Part shown: positions 28,784 to 38,998 of the stretch, one piece after another | How positions within the stretch are numbered: position 1 is the first letter of the stretch | How the letters are laid out: each line of letters begins with the position of its first letter | DNA from: Limisphaerales bacterium | GTDB lineage: Bacteria; Verrucomicrobiota; Verrucomicrobiia; Limisphaerales; JAJOIW01 | Assembly (NCBI GenBank): GCA_965657355.1 | Contig: CBFHOE010000002.1 | Span: forward strand, 411,856 to 475,855 | DNA length: 64,000 nucleotides | Direction: 5' to 3' | Translations under genes and position numbers: made by a program | Notes under the pieces: generated by a model | What the model saw: the letters and a program-made list of their open reading frames with translations, nothing else | Databases searched by the model: none | Told to the model about the DNA's origin: nothing

Positions 28784-28820
28784 GCCTGGCTCGAAAAATA
28801 TATCGAGTCAGGCTTTTTTA
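28784..28820 (+). terminator. Rho-independent terminator after the dehydrogenase gene
   Basis: The stem GCCTGGCTCGA(28784-28794)/TCGAGTCAGGC(28803-28813) has one G-U pair and is followed by TTTTTTA. Confidence 0.8.
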
Positions 28821-28942
28821 TTCTTTGCAACCAAAGGAAATAATTTGACAACGCCAACTCCAAACGTATATCTCGCTAGGATGGCTAAAACTTGATCTGA
28901 GAAAACCACCCATAAGGAAATCAAGAAGCCGCATCAGAGAAA

Positions 28943-30328
28943 ATGAACAAACTAAGAATAAAGGACTTACTCAATCTTGAAAACTCGTTGGATTCTGTGG
29001 TTGTCACAGGTTGGGTTAGAACAAAAAGAGATTCAAAAAAGTTTTCATTCCTGGAAGTTAATGATGGATCGTGTCTTAAGAACTTACAGGTGATCGTAGA
29101 CGCTGGAATCCAAGGGTATAAATCGCTCGATCAAGCCTCTACTGGAGCTGCTGTGTCCATTAAAGGGAAATTGATAGAGTCACAAGGCAAGAACCAAAGG
29201 TGGGAGGTCCATGCTGATGAATTTGAATTGGTCGGAGCAGCGGATGAAACATTCCCACTCCAAAAGAAGGGGCATACCATGGAATATCTTCGTGAGATCG
29301 CCCACCTTCGAGCAAGATCCAATCTCTTCGGGGCTGTTTTTCGAGTCAGAAGTAAGCTAGCGTTTGCTATCCACCAGTTCTTTCAGGAAAAAGATTTTCA
29401 GTACGTTCACACTCCAATCATAACAGCCAGCGATTGCGAAGGAGCTGGGGAGATGTTTAGGGTTACGACCTTAAACCTGGAGAATCCGCCAAGACAAAAA
29501 GATGGCCTAGTCGATGACACCAAAGATTTCTTTCACAAAGCCTCGTATTTAACCGTCTCCGGACAGCTTGAGGCCGAGGCATTCGCGTGTTCACTGGGCC
29601 AGGTTTATACATTTGGCCCAACTTTTCGCGCTGAAAATTCTCATACTTCAAGACATGCTGCCGAATTCTGGATGATTGAACCCGAAATAGCTTTTTGTGA
29701 TATCCATGGAGACATGGACCTTGCCGAAGAATTTGTCAAATACCTCATCGCTCATTCGCTAGAAAACTGTAATGAGGATCTGGAGCTGTTTAACAAATTC
29801 GTGGATAAAGGTCTACTCGACCGCTTAAAATTTGTTTTGGAGAAACCCTTTCAAAGAATCACATACACGAAAGCAGTGGAAATTTTGAAGAATTCAAAAC
29901 AAAAATTCGATTACGACGTTTCTTGGGGAGCAAATCTTCAATCAGAACACGAGCGTTATTTGACGGAAGAGCACTTCAAATGTCCAATAACTGTTTATGA
30001 TTATCCAGCTTCAATAAAACCATTTTACATGCGTAAAAATGATGATGGAAAAACGGTGGCGGCGATGGATGTCCTTGTACCCGGCATCGGCGAAATTATC
30101 GGAGGCTCACAAAGGGAAGAAAGAATGGAAGTTCTTTTAAATAATTTGAAAGAGGCAAATCTGCCAGAAAAGGAATACTGGTGGTATACTGATTTAAGAA
30201 AATATGGAAGCGTTCCACACAGTGGATTTGGCTTAGGGTTCGAAAGAATGCTAATGTTCGTCACAGGGATGAACAACATACGAGACGTCATTCCATTCGC
30301 CAGGACTCCAGGGCACGCCGAGTTTTGA
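28943..30328 (+). CDS. asnS: Asparagine--tRNA ligase
   Basis: It has a class IIb OB-fold N-terminus, motif 2 FRAENSHTSRHAAEFWMIEPE, motif 3 GFGLGFERM and a C-terminus ...RTPGHAEF typical of AsnRS. Confidence 0.9.
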   Translation: MNKLRIKDLLNLENSLDSVVVTGWVRTKRDSKKFSFLEVNDGSCLKNLQVIVDAGIQGYKSLDQASTGAAVSIKGKLIESQGKNQRWEVHADEFELVGAADETFPLQKKGHTMEYLREIAHLRARSNLFGAVFRVRSKLAFAIHQFFQEKDFQYVHTPIITASDCEGAGEMFRVTTLNLENPPRQKDGLVDDTKDFFHKASYLTVSGQLEAEAFACSLGQVYTFGPTFRAENSHTSRHAAEFWMIEPEIAFCDIHGDMDLAEEFVKYLIAHSLENCNEDLELFNKFVDKGLLDRLKFVLEKPFQRITYTKAVEILKNSKQKFDYDVSWGANLQSEHERYLTEEHFKCPITVYDYPASIKPFYMRKNDDGKTVAAMDVLVPGIGEIIGGSQREERMEVLLNNLKEANLPEKEYWWYTDLRKYGSVPHSGFGLGFERMLMFVTGMNNIRDVIPFARTPGHAEF

Positions 30329-30451
30329 TCCAACAATTCTAAAATTGAATTGTTTCTCTCCAATTCATTTATTTCTAGTTGTTTTTTGTGATTTAAATCG
30401 AACAAAAATGAGATAGGTTAAGATTTAAATATAATCAGCGAAGCGAGTGTC

Positions 30452-31315
30452 ATGAGTGAAGAAAGCGGCAGCCAAGATCGAAGCAACATCCCCACCGAAT
30501 CTGGCAAAGAAACCTCTCAAGTCAGCTCACCTTTACCTTCTGCCCAGCACTCGATTTCTCATCCATGGAGGTGGCCAATCACTCTTATGATTTTTGGGTT
30601 TTTAGCATTTGGGGCTTACTGGATAACAATAAGTGAGACGACCAGCCTTTTTAAAACCGGTAGCAAAAAAGCCGAGAAAATAAAAGATTCGGTTGTGAAA
30701 GCAGCTGACACTTTCGAATCCCAAAATATTGCACAATCATTTCTATCACAATTACCTGGCAAAATAGAGCACGGAGGAGATCAACTCGAGATTGCCAGTT
30801 TTCAGGCCGTTGAATCCTTTCGATCGGAATCACGACGAAAGGTTGCCTGGGATGTCATAGATCTGGGTACGACAGTAAGTGAAATCCGAGTACCAGTAAC
30901 GTTTAGATATCATGTGTTGCTAAGTGATGACTGGAATCTCGAAGTTCATAATAATATTTGTTTCGTCTCTGCACCAAAAATACGCCCAACACAGCCTCCT
31001 GCTATCCATACCGACAGGATGGAAACATTTTCATCTCGAGGTTGGGCTCGATTTGATTCAGTCGCATCCATGGATCAACTCGTCAGAACGATTACTCCAA
31101 CAATTAAAGAATATGCCGGTGATGAAAAACACAAAGCTTTGGTCAAAGATTCCGCTAGAAAAGGTATTGCTAAATTTGTTCGCAACTGGCTTCTTGACCA
31201 ACAAATTTGGAATACCAACGCCATCTCAAGGATTGTTGTAACTTTTAATGATGAGGAAACACTTGAATTCGACCCAAGTGATTTAAAAGAGAAACCAGAA
31301 GTATCTTTGCCCTAG
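30452..31315 (+). CDS. Hypothetical membrane-anchored protein (possibly DUF4230-like)
   Basis: A polar N-terminus is followed by one TM helix ([20 protein letters not shown]) and then a soluble domain. No catalytic motif was recognised. Confidence 0.5.
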   Translation: MSEESGSQDRSNIPTESGKETSQVSSPLPSAQHSISHPWRWPITLMIFGFLAFGAYWITISETTSLFKTGSKKAEKIKDSVVKAADTFESQNIAQSFLSQLPGKIEHGGDQLEIASFQAVESFRSESRRKVAWDVIDLGTTVSEIRVPVTFRYHVLLSDDWNLEVHNNICFVSAPKIRPTQPPAIHTDRMETFSSRGWARFDSVASMDQLVRTITPTIKEYAGDEKHKALVKDSARKGIAKFVRNWLLDQQIWNTNAISRIVVTFNDEETLEFDPSDLKEKPEVSLP

Positions 31316-32109
31316 CCGATTTCCTGAGTCTTTCTGACTCTAATTCCCTCGCCAGCCAAAAAATCCTTAACCTGCCCGACTGAAAACTCACCAAAGTGGA
31401 AAATACTGGCCGCTAATACGGCATCGGCGCACCCGTCCATCAAAACCTCAGACATATGCTTCAGCGTACCAGCTCCTCCAGATGCTACGACTGGAACGCC
31501 AACCATTTCAGAAACAGCTCTTGTCACTTCAATATCGAAGCCAGCTTTGGTTCCATCCGCATCAATCGAATTAAGAACAATTTCACCAGCCCCCCTTTCC
31601 ACGGCTTCCCGAGCCCACTCAAAAGTATCTCTGCCGGTATCTTTCCTGCCACCGTGCGAAAAAATCCCCCATTTACCTGGCTCAATGCGTTTTGCATCCA
31701 AAGAGACTACAATGCATTGACTCCCAAATTTCTCTGCGCCCTGGGTTATTAGATTTGGATTTGAGAGTGCAGCTGAGTTGATACTAATTTTGTCAGCTCC
31801 CGCTCTGAGCATGATACCCATATCATCGAGAGTCCTTATCCCACCCCCGACTGTCAATGGCATGAAACAGGTTTCGGCTACTTTCTCGATCGTCTCGACC
31901 ATCGTTTCCCTACCATGAGCACTTGCTGTGATATCGAAAAAGACCATCTCATCAGCACCTTGCTCATTATAACGCCGGGCTAATTCCACAGGATTACCCA
32001 CATTCCTTAAGCCTCCTTCTTCAGCTCTTCCAAATTGTTGCCCTCTGGTGACGTGACCATCGTGAACATCCAGGCATGGAATCACTCTTTTTGCTAGTGT
32101 ATCAATCAT
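31312..32109 (-). CDS. hisF: Imidazole glycerol phosphate synthase cyclase subunit HisF
   Basis: Motifs are [29 protein letters not shown] and ASGGAG, in a (beta/alpha)8 HisF layout. No hisH or hisA is adjacent. Confidence 0.9.
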   Translation of the reverse strand: MIDTLAKRVIPCLDVHDGHVTRGQQFGRAEEGGLRNVGNPVELARRYNEQGADEMVFFDITASAHGRETMVETIEKVAETCFMPLTVGGGIRTLDDMGIMLRAGADKISINSAALSNPNLITQGAEKFGSQCIVVSLDAKRIEPGKWGIFSHGGRKDTGRDTFEWAREAVERGAGEIVLNSIDADGTKAGFDIEVTRAVSEMVGVPVVASGGAGTLKHMSEVLMDGCADAVLAASIFHFGEFSVGQVKDFLAGEGIRVRKTQEIG

Positions 32110-32276
32110 TCCGTTTTCTTATTTCTGAATCAAAAAGGCACAATTCAAAGAGATTTCCTATTAAATTGAATACAAATTCTATTTATAATGTCGAATGGAA
32201 TGAATTCTGATTGAATCATCGAAAGACGACCGTCATATTTAATTAAAGAAATTAAATAAAAACCAGATTTGAATTC

Positions 32277-32909
32277 ATGAACCCACCTTATCTCAAACAT
32301 ATTATGAATCCTCGTATTATTTTTGCAATATTGGCTCTTTCCTTGTCCGCCTGTGCAACCGGCGTTCGCAATCCCAAAAATACGGGAGTTAGCTTACTGG
32401 AGGCATCAGAGAGCGGCTCATTTGAAACGACAGGCATCGAATCTCAGGACATCACCACTGTTACCGACAAAATGGCGAGAAGTCTTATGAGCTTTGAACC
32501 CATATACAAGCAGGACGGTCCGGCGGTCATTCATATTCAGGTGGAAAACGCTACTAGAACTCCAATAAATACAGACCTCTTTATTACTTCCATCCAAACA
32601 AAGCTGGTAAAGGCAGGCCAAGGAAAATTAGCATTCATCGATCGTGAATATATTGGAGATGACGAAAAAGAAAGAAACCTTAAGAGAACAGGTGCAGTGA
32701 CGTCATCATCAGATCCTAACGTTCAAGAATTCAAAGGGTATGATTACAGGTTGCAAGGCAAGTTGATAGACCTGACGACTAATGCCAATGGTGGAATCAG
32801 TGATTTCATTAAATATAATTTCAGACTTGTCGATGCCCGTACGAATCAAATCGTGTGGGCAGATGAATACTCGACCAAAAAGCAGGCTTTTTTGGATTCA
32901 GTCTACTAG
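32277..32909 (+). CDS. Lipoprotein, LpoB-like (COG3417-type)
   Basis: It has the lipobox LALSLSAC. The C-terminal domain pattern (VIHIQVENATRTPINTD...LAFIDRE...YRLQGKL...YNFRLVDARTNQIVWADEY) parallels the E. coli LpoB globular domain. Confidence 0.55.
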   Translation: MNPPYLKHIMNPRIIFAILALSLSACATGVRNPKNTGVSLLEASESGSFETTGIESQDITTVTDKMARSLMSFEPIYKQDGPAVIHIQVENATRTPINTDLFITSIQTKLVKAGQGKLAFIDREYIGDDEKERNLKRTGAVTSSSDPNVQEFKGYDYRLQGKLIDLTTNANGGISDFIKYNFRLVDARTNQIVWADEYSTKKQAFLDSVY

Positions 32910-32949
32910 AAATCAATAGGAGCTCTTTCCTTTTTACGACTTAAGCTAG

Positions 32950-34119
32950 ATGAGAATATTTTTTGTTCCAGTAATATCATTACTGTGCTTGATTCTTGTC
33001 GGCTGCAGCACGACGAAAACCCCAAGTTATTACCATTCATTAACCGGCGACCCCATACAAGATGGTTATATCCGAATCGAGCAAGGCGATCCTGAGGATA
33101 AAATACTATGGCAGTATTCCACGGCATTGGAATTACTAAGATTGGGAAGAATTGATGAAGCTGCTGAATTGTTGGATGAAGCCCTTCTCAGTCAGGAGGC
33201 ACTTGCTATTGACGGTGGTAAAAAAGCTCGTCAGGCGCAACGGGTTTTCTACCCTGAGTCTACTAAAGTGTATATTGGGGAGCCCTACGAAAGGGCCATG
33301 GCGTGGTTTTACAGAGGCATCATATACTGGATTCAAGGAGAACCCGATAATGCCCGAGCCTGTTTTAAATCGGCCCAGCTTATGGATAGCTCATCCGAGG
33401 GCGAAAAATTTAAAGCAGATTATGTTATTCTCGATTATTTGATCGGAATGATTAACAAGCAGCTTAGTGGTTCGGACGATGAATTTTTTAGATTCGCCGA
33501 AGAGAATTCGAAATTGGATTATTTCCCCAAGCCCATAGATTCACCAAATATTATATTCGTACTGGAGTTTGGAAAGGCACCAATAAAATATCGAGGTGGC
33601 GAGTATGGGCAGCTCTTGAAGATAAGGAAAGGCAGCAGCAAATCCGAATCGAGCCTTCTTCAAATCAATGAAGAAGAAAAAATTCTAATTGGCCCAATGG
33701 ATGATTTAGCCTTTCAAGCCCAAACGCGCGGAGGTCGTTATATGGATCATGTTTTGGGTCGAAAAGCGGTTTTCAAACAAACCACAGACACACTCGGCGA
33801 TGCAGCTATTATCGGCGGTGCCATCATGGCAGCGGAATCAGACCACACCAATACAGGTCTCGCCATTGCAGCTGTTGGAGTTTTATCAAAAATAATATCG
33901 GCTGCTTCAAATCCAGAGGCCGACACAAGGACATGGAAAAACCTTCCCCAGTTTTTATCTCTTTACACGGCAAAATTAACTCCGGGTAATTATGAAGCGG
34001 TAGTTCAATTCCTCGATGAAAATGGTCAGGTCATCGGTGCTTACACTAAAACAATTGATATTCATCTCACTTCTAATAAAAAACCTCTTATTGTATTTAT
34101 TAGCCAATATTCAAAATAA
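32950..34119 (+). CDS. Lipoprotein with TPR-like N-terminal region
   Basis: It has the lipobox LILVGC and helical repeats (ALELLRLGRIDEAAELLDEAL; AMAWFYRGIIYWIQGEPDNARACFKSAQ). It is the middle gene of a three-lipoprotein cluster. Confidence 0.55.
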   Translation: MRIFFVPVISLLCLILVGCSTTKTPSYYHSLTGDPIQDGYIRIEQGDPEDKILWQYSTALELLRLGRIDEAAELLDEALLSQEALAIDGGKKARQAQRVFYPESTKVYIGEPYERAMAWFYRGIIYWIQGEPDNARACFKSAQLMDSSSEGEKFKADYVILDYLIGMINKQLSGSDDEFFRFAEENSKLDYFPKPIDSPNIIFVLEFGKAPIKYRGGEYGQLLKIRKGSSKSESSLLQINEEEKILIGPMDDLAFQAQTRGGRYMDHVLGRKAVFKQTTDTLGDAAIIGGAIMAAESDHTNTGLAIAAVGVLSKIISAASNPEADTRTWKNLPQFLSLYTAKLTPGNYEAVVQFLDENGQVIGAYTKTIDIHLTSNKKPLIVFISQYSK

Positions 34120-34129
34120 ATTTAAAAAT

Positions 34130-34561
34130 ATGAAAAAGTCATTATTGAAACTCTCAATCAATTTTACAATAGCATCATGCATTGTGATTTTCTCTGGGTG
34201 CGTTCACCATGAAGGCGCACGAGCTACAAAAAATCCGGAGGCGTTTACTCAAGAGCTTTCCATGAATGTGGCACTTATGGATAAGCAGGTTCAAAGATCA
34301 GTCAAAGCGGCTGGAGGTATAAAAATCATCCAAAGGGCTGACGGCAGATTAGATGTTTTTGCCAATATCATGAATAGAGAATCCAGAAGAATTCAAATTC
34401 AGGTCCAATGTGTCTTCCAGGACGAGAATGGCTTCTCCGTCGATGATACCACTCCATGGGAAAATGTTATAATGACAGAGAATGCCATAAAAAGATTGAA
34501 TTACACATCACTCTCAGCAAAAGCGAAGAATTTTGTTATCAGAGTTCGGCAGGCTAGGTAG
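34130..34561 (+). CDS. Lipoprotein, YcfL-like (DUF1425-type)
   Basis: The start was moved to the ATG at 34130 (MKKSLLKLSINFTIASCIVIFSGC lipobox). The small beta-rich body (RLDVFANIMNRESRRIQIQVQCVFQDENGFSVDD...NFVIRVRQA) fits the YcfL pattern. Confidence 0.5.
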   Translation: MKKSLLKLSINFTIASCIVIFSGCVHHEGARATKNPEAFTQELSMNVALMDKQVQRSVKAAGGIKIIQRADGRLDVFANIMNRESRRIQIQVQCVFQDENGFSVDDTTPWENVIMTENAIKRLNYTSLSAKAKNFVIRVRQAR

Positions 34562-34599
34562 GTAGCTCTTTGCATTAGCAACTACGACAAGCGGGCAAA

Positions 34600-34625
34600 G
34601 GAGCGGATACCACCGTTCCTTTTTT
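34600..34625. terminator. Terminator hairpin shared by the convergent lipoprotein cluster and RND operon
   Basis: The stem GGAGCGG(34600-34606)/CCGTTCC(34613-34619) has one mismatch and is followed by T-rich TTTTTTATTT on the plus strand. It overlaps the RND stop codon. Confidence 0.6.
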
Positions 34626-37600
34626 ATTTGAAGAATTTGCCGATACCCCGAGTGATATCGTTCAAAATAAGATATAAACTCGGTACAAGGACCAGTGAAA
34701 TCGATGTTGCAAACATAACTCCAAATGCCAGAGATACCGCCATGGGAATGAGAAACTTTGCCTGAACGCTGGTCTCCAAAATTAAAGGAGTCAGGCCAGC
34801 AAATGTCGTCATCGATGTCAAAAGTATCGGCCTAAAGCGCACTACTCCCGCCTGCCGAACAGCTTGTAAAAGTTCCCCGCCTTTATCCCTATATTTATTG
34901 ATAAAGTCCACTAGCACCAAGTTGTCGTTTACCACAACCCCACTAAGCGCCACTATCCCGAAAACAGACATGATAGTGAGATTCATTCCCATTATCAAAT
35001 GACCAAGAATGGCCCCAACAAGGCCAAACGGGATAGCGGACATGACGATAAAAGGTTGAAGATATGATTTGAAAGGAATTGCCAGCAGGGCAAAGATGAT
35101 CATCATAGCCAGCGGGTAGCCTTGGAGAATACCGTCCATAAGTTCCTTTTGTTCTCTAGCTTCACCTTCAAAGCCAATCTCTACACCAGGAAAATCTAAC
35201 TTTAATTTCTCAAAAAAACCTTTATTGAGTGCTGCGAGCACGCCGTTCGCTGTGATTTTGGAACTGTCTATCTGCGCGGTAACGTTGACAATTCTTTTTC
35301 CATCGACGCGTGTTATTGTGCTCAGCCCCTCAGCATCTATGGCTTTGGCGACAGACATAAAGGGAACTTTTTCTCCGGATGGAGATTCAACCATCATCCT
35401 TTCCAAGTTAAAAACACTTTTCCTCTCCTGTTTTGGAAATCTCACTATTACCCGAATCTCCTCCCTACCTCTTTGCACCCTTTGAGCTTCAGCTCCAAAA
35501 AATGCCTGGCGCACCTGCTGGCCAATCCACTGTGGCGTAAATCCCATTTCATAGCCTTGCGGTTTGAGCTCGATCTGCAATTCATGGTTTGCCTTCTCAT
35601 AAGAATCGGCAATGGAATGCACGCCATCAAAACTACCCAACTCGGTTTTCAGTCTTTCGATCGCGCGGCCAAGCAGAGGGTAATTATCCCCTGCAAGCTG
35701 AATTTCAATAGGAGCCCCAGTTGAAAAAATAGAAGCAGTAAAGGTAACATTTCTCACGCCGGGAAGGTCTCCAACCATATTCCGCCAACGTACGGCAAGT
35801 TCTTCGCTGCTCGTTCCTGGTCTGTCTTCTGATGGGGTCAATTCGATGTGCACTTCACCTTTATGACCGCTAGCTAGTTCCAGCACATAGTCCCCTGCCC
35901 CTTCCTGTTGGGTAACGGAGTATGGCTGCCGCCCCACAGATGACAAAGTATGCCTGAAAATGGGCACGCCTTTCAGTTCTGGATTTTCCTGTAATTCTTT
36001 CTGCAGCTCAAAAGCTTTTTCTTCAATGTAGGTAATTATTTTCTCAGTCTGAGCCGCGGGTGTTCCTTGGGGCATATTGACTATAGCAGCGATGTTGTCT
36101 CCCTCTACGGCTGGAAAAACTTGAAATCTCATCCATCCACCAGCAATAACTCCGAGACAGGCAATGAGAATAGCTAATGAGGCACCCCATGTTGCATATC
36201 GATTTTTGAGGGCAAATTCCAGAAAATTGGAATACCAATGGTGGATAAACCACTGCACCCCGTTGTGAAAGATCTTTTGAAACTTATAAAAAGGTGACAA
36301 AACTCCTCTGACATCATCATACCACTTCGGTCTATGTCCCAGGTGGCAAGGTAAAATGAATAAACTTTCAATTAGTGAAAAAACTAAGGTCGGCACCACG
36401 ACCAATGGAATAACTCCGAGAATTTCTCCAATCGGTCCCGGTGCAGTAATCAGGGGAATAAAAGCGGCTATGGTCGTAAAAACAGCAAAAGTAACCGGCT
36501 TACCAACTTCTTGCGTTGCACGAATCGCTCTCTGCAGGAGATTCCCCTGCCCCTCCATTTGAAACTCATGAATATTCTCACTAACGATAATGGCATCATC
36601 AACAACAATGCCCAGGACAAGAATAAAACCAAATAGGGAAAGTAAATTAATACTAACCCCAAGAAACGGCATCATCCATAAGGCCCCTAGAAAAGATATG
36701 ACAATGCCTACAGCTACCCAGAATGCCAAGCTGAGTCTGAGAAACATGGCTAAAATGCCAACGACGAGAACGAGCCCAAAAAAGCCATTATTAACTAACA
36801 ATTCAAGGCGAGATTTAAGGTAACTTGAGTCGTCTTGCCAATAATTAAGAGATAGGGCTAGAGGTAAGTTAGCCTTGGTTTCTGACACGTATTTTTTAAC
36901 TGCATTGGCAACTATCAGAGCACTTTGATTCCCCGTACGAAACACCTGGACCATGGCTGATCGTTTGCCATCGAATCTCGATATCAAATCATTATCTTTG
37001 AATCCATCTACAACTTTTGCGACATCACTGACTCTAATAACCGTACCATCAGGCGTGGATCGAAGAACTATAGACTCAAATTCTTGGCCAATGTATTTCT
37101 GAGTCTTTGTCCTGATCAGGATGTTTCCTGATTCAGACCGAATTGAGCCTGCGGGAATATCTATCGAAGCGAGATTAATGGCCCGAGCTACCTCGTTCAT
37201 AGTGATATCGTATTCCCTTAATTTCCATTCCGATAATTCGACAGTAACTTCATCAGTCCGAACATTCACCAGTTTCACCATTGTAATCTCAGGCAGTGCC
37301 AGTAGATCATTTCTAACTTGATCGGCGTAGTCCTTTAATGTGGATTCTGAAACATCACCGGAAACAGCAACGTTGATAACCTGACGAGAAACTTTTATGT
37401 CCTCGAATACCGGTTCCTCGATTTGCAGAGGAAAAGTTCGGATGCTGTCGACTTTATTTTTGAATTCATCAAGAAATTTTCCTTTATCGGCACTGGTTTC
37501 AAGCTCGACGTTTACTATGCCCATTCCCTCGGTTGCAGTGGAGCGAATTTTCTTTATTTCGTCCATACCCTCAATAGCTTCTTCTATCGGCTGGCAAACA

Positions 37601-37788
37601 CCCTTTTCGACCTCCTCAGGTGAAGCTCCCTGGTAGACAATTTCAACGGTGACCATCCTTGGGTCTGTCTCCGGGAAGATCTCCTGTTTGACGGAGGAGA
37701 GGGAGGAAAAGCCACCAACGATTATTGTGACCGCTAGAAGATTAGCCGCTACTGAATTCCGAGCAAACCAGTTAATTATCCCGTTCAT
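34624..37788 (-). CDS. RND efflux transporter permease (AcrB/CzcA family)
   Basis: At 1054 aa it has a 12-TM RND layout with two large periplasmic loops. Motifs include VVDDAIIVSENI and VVNDNLVLVDFI. Confidence 0.9.
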   Translation of the reverse strand: MNGIINWFARNSVAANLLAVTIIVGGFSSLSSVKQEIFPETDPRMVTVEIVYQGASPEEVEKGVCQPIEEAIEGMDEIKKIRSTATEGMGIVNVELETSADKGKFLDEFKNKVDSIRTFPLQIEEPVFEDIKVSRQVINVAVSGDVSESTLKDYADQVRNDLLALPEITMVKLVNVRTDEVTVELSEWKLREYDITMNEVARAINLASIDIPAGSIRSESGNILIRTKTQKYIGQEFESIVLRSTPDGTVIRVSDVAKVVDGFKDNDLISRFDGKRSAMVQVFRTGNQSALIVANAVKKYVSETKANLPLALSLNYWQDDSSYLKSRLELLVNNGFFGLVLVVGILAMFLRLSLAFWVAVGIVISFLGALWMMPFLGVSINLLSLFGFILVLGIVVDDAIIVSENIHEFQMEGQGNLLQRAIRATQEVGKPVTFAVFTTIAAFIPLITAPGPIGEILGVIPLVVVPTLVFSLIESLFILPCHLGHRPKWYDDVRGVLSPFYKFQKIFHNGVQWFIHHWYSNFLEFALKNRYATWGASLAILIACLGVIAGGWMRFQVFPAVEGDNIAAIVNMPQGTPAAQTEKIITYIEEKAFELQKELQENPELKGVPIFRHTLSSVGRQPYSVTQQEGAGDYVLELASGHKGEVHIELTPSEDRPGTSSEELAVRWRNMVGDLPGVRNVTFTASIFSTGAPIEIQLAGDNYPLLGRAIERLKTELGSFDGVHSIADSYEKANHELQIELKPQGYEMGFTPQWIGQQVRQAFFGAEAQRVQRGREEIRVIVRFPKQERKSVFNLERMMVESPSGEKVPFMSVAKAIDAEGLSTITRVDGKRIVNVTAQIDSSKITANGVLAALNKGFFEKLKLDFPGVEIGFEGEAREQKELMDGILQGYPLAMMIIFALLAIPFKSYLQPFIVMSAIPFGLVGAILGHLIMGMNLTIMSVFGIVALSGVVVNDNLVLVDFINKYRDKGGELLQAVRQAGVVRFRPILLTSMTTFAGLTPLILETSVQAKFLIPMAVSLAFGVMFATSISLVLVPSLYLILNDITRGIGKFFK

Positions 37789-37828
37789 GAATCTGTTCTC
37801 TCGATTTTCTGGTTTTGGGAATAATGCA

Positions 37829-38998
37829 TTACGGGTTTATTCCATTTTTAGACATTATAGAGGCCGATTGGCCTGGGACAAAAACACCAAGAACAGAAGT
37901 CACAATGCTATCTCCCGTTTCGATGTCGGCCCTCACGACGACGTCATTAATCTTTGACTGAAGAACGTCGACACGCCTCACTTGCAATTTCCCGACTGAG
38001 TCGACAACATAAAGTCTGTCACTTGACCGCAAGGCAATTCTTGGCAAAACAAGAACTTCATTTTCGGTTAGTCCGTGAATCATGGCTCTGACAAATAACC
38101 CTTTGGGAAGAGGTGTGATCTGGTTCTCTCCAAGTGGATTTTGGTACTCGACGACTAGTGTGGCCATTCGAGTCGCCGGAGTTATGTCAGCTTCCAAGGA
38201 CACAACTTTGGCTTTCCATTCTTTCTGCGAACTGGCTATGTCGCCTATTAATTGGATTTCAATTTGATTCACTTCATCCGGTCCAGGCGCATGGCCAATG
38301 GTGAGAGGAAGGTATTTCAAGTCCCCCAAAGGAATGGGAATTCTAATTTCATAGACATCACTTCCATAAATTTGTGCGATGGGTTCGCCAGATCTTATGA
38401 ATTGCCCTACATCGATTAATTTTTGATCAACAACCCCATTGAAAGGGGCAGAAACAAGACATCTGGAAAGATTCAATTTTGCTTGTTCTAAGTCAGCCTG
38501 AGCAGCTTGTAAACGAGCTCTTGCCTCATTGAGCTGTGGCTCTCTGAGAACCAATGGAGAGGCTTTTTGATTATTCCCTAATTCTTCCCAATCCCTTTTT
38601 GCTATTTCTCCTTGCGATTCCTCGATCAATAAAGCTGCTCTTGCTTGCGAGACGGAGGCTTCAGCTTTTTTGATGACAAGCTCAAAATCCTTAGAATTTA
38701 TCCGAAGCAACTCGTCACCTTTGATGATTTGCCTTCCTTTTACTAATTTAGGATTTATCCATTCGACCCTGCCTTGAACTTGGGGTGAAAGAGTAATGCT
38801 CTTTACTGGTTGGACTGTACCGTGGCTTTCGATGACATACCGGTAATTCACAACATTGGGCGTAATAACGTCAACTGGAACATTTCTTTCCTCAGGTGGT
38901 GTCGGCTCGAGTGGGCGCTTACTTAGAATGAGAAGGGCTGCTATGCCTATTCCCACCAAAAGGAATAAAAAAGGTGAAATAATCTTAATAATCTTCAT
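37829..38998 (-). CDS. RND efflux periplasmic adaptor (MFP/HlyD family)
   Basis: It has an N-terminal TM anchor, a coiled-coil hairpin (ARAALL...ARARLQAAQADLEQAKLNLSR), and lipoyl and beta-barrel regions. It lies between the OMF and RND genes. Confidence 0.85.
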   Translation of the reverse strand: MKIIKIISPFLFLLVGIGIAALLILSKRPLEPTPPEERNVPVDVITPNVVNYRYVIESHGTVQPVKSITLSPQVQGRVEWINPKLVKGRQIIKGDELLRINSKDFELVIKKAEASVSQARAALLIEESQGEIAKRDWEELGNNQKASPLVLREPQLNEARARLQAAQADLEQAKLNLSRCLVSAPFNGVVDQKLIDVGQFIRSGEPIAQIYGSDVYEIRIPIPLGDLKYLPLTIGHAPGPDEVNQIEIQLIGDIASSQKEWKAKVVSLEADITPATRMATLVVEYQNPLGENQITPLPKGLFVRAMIHGLTENEVLVLPRIALRSSDRLYVVDSVGKLQVRRVDVLQSKINDVVVRADIETGDSIVTSVLGVFVPGQSASIMSKNGINP

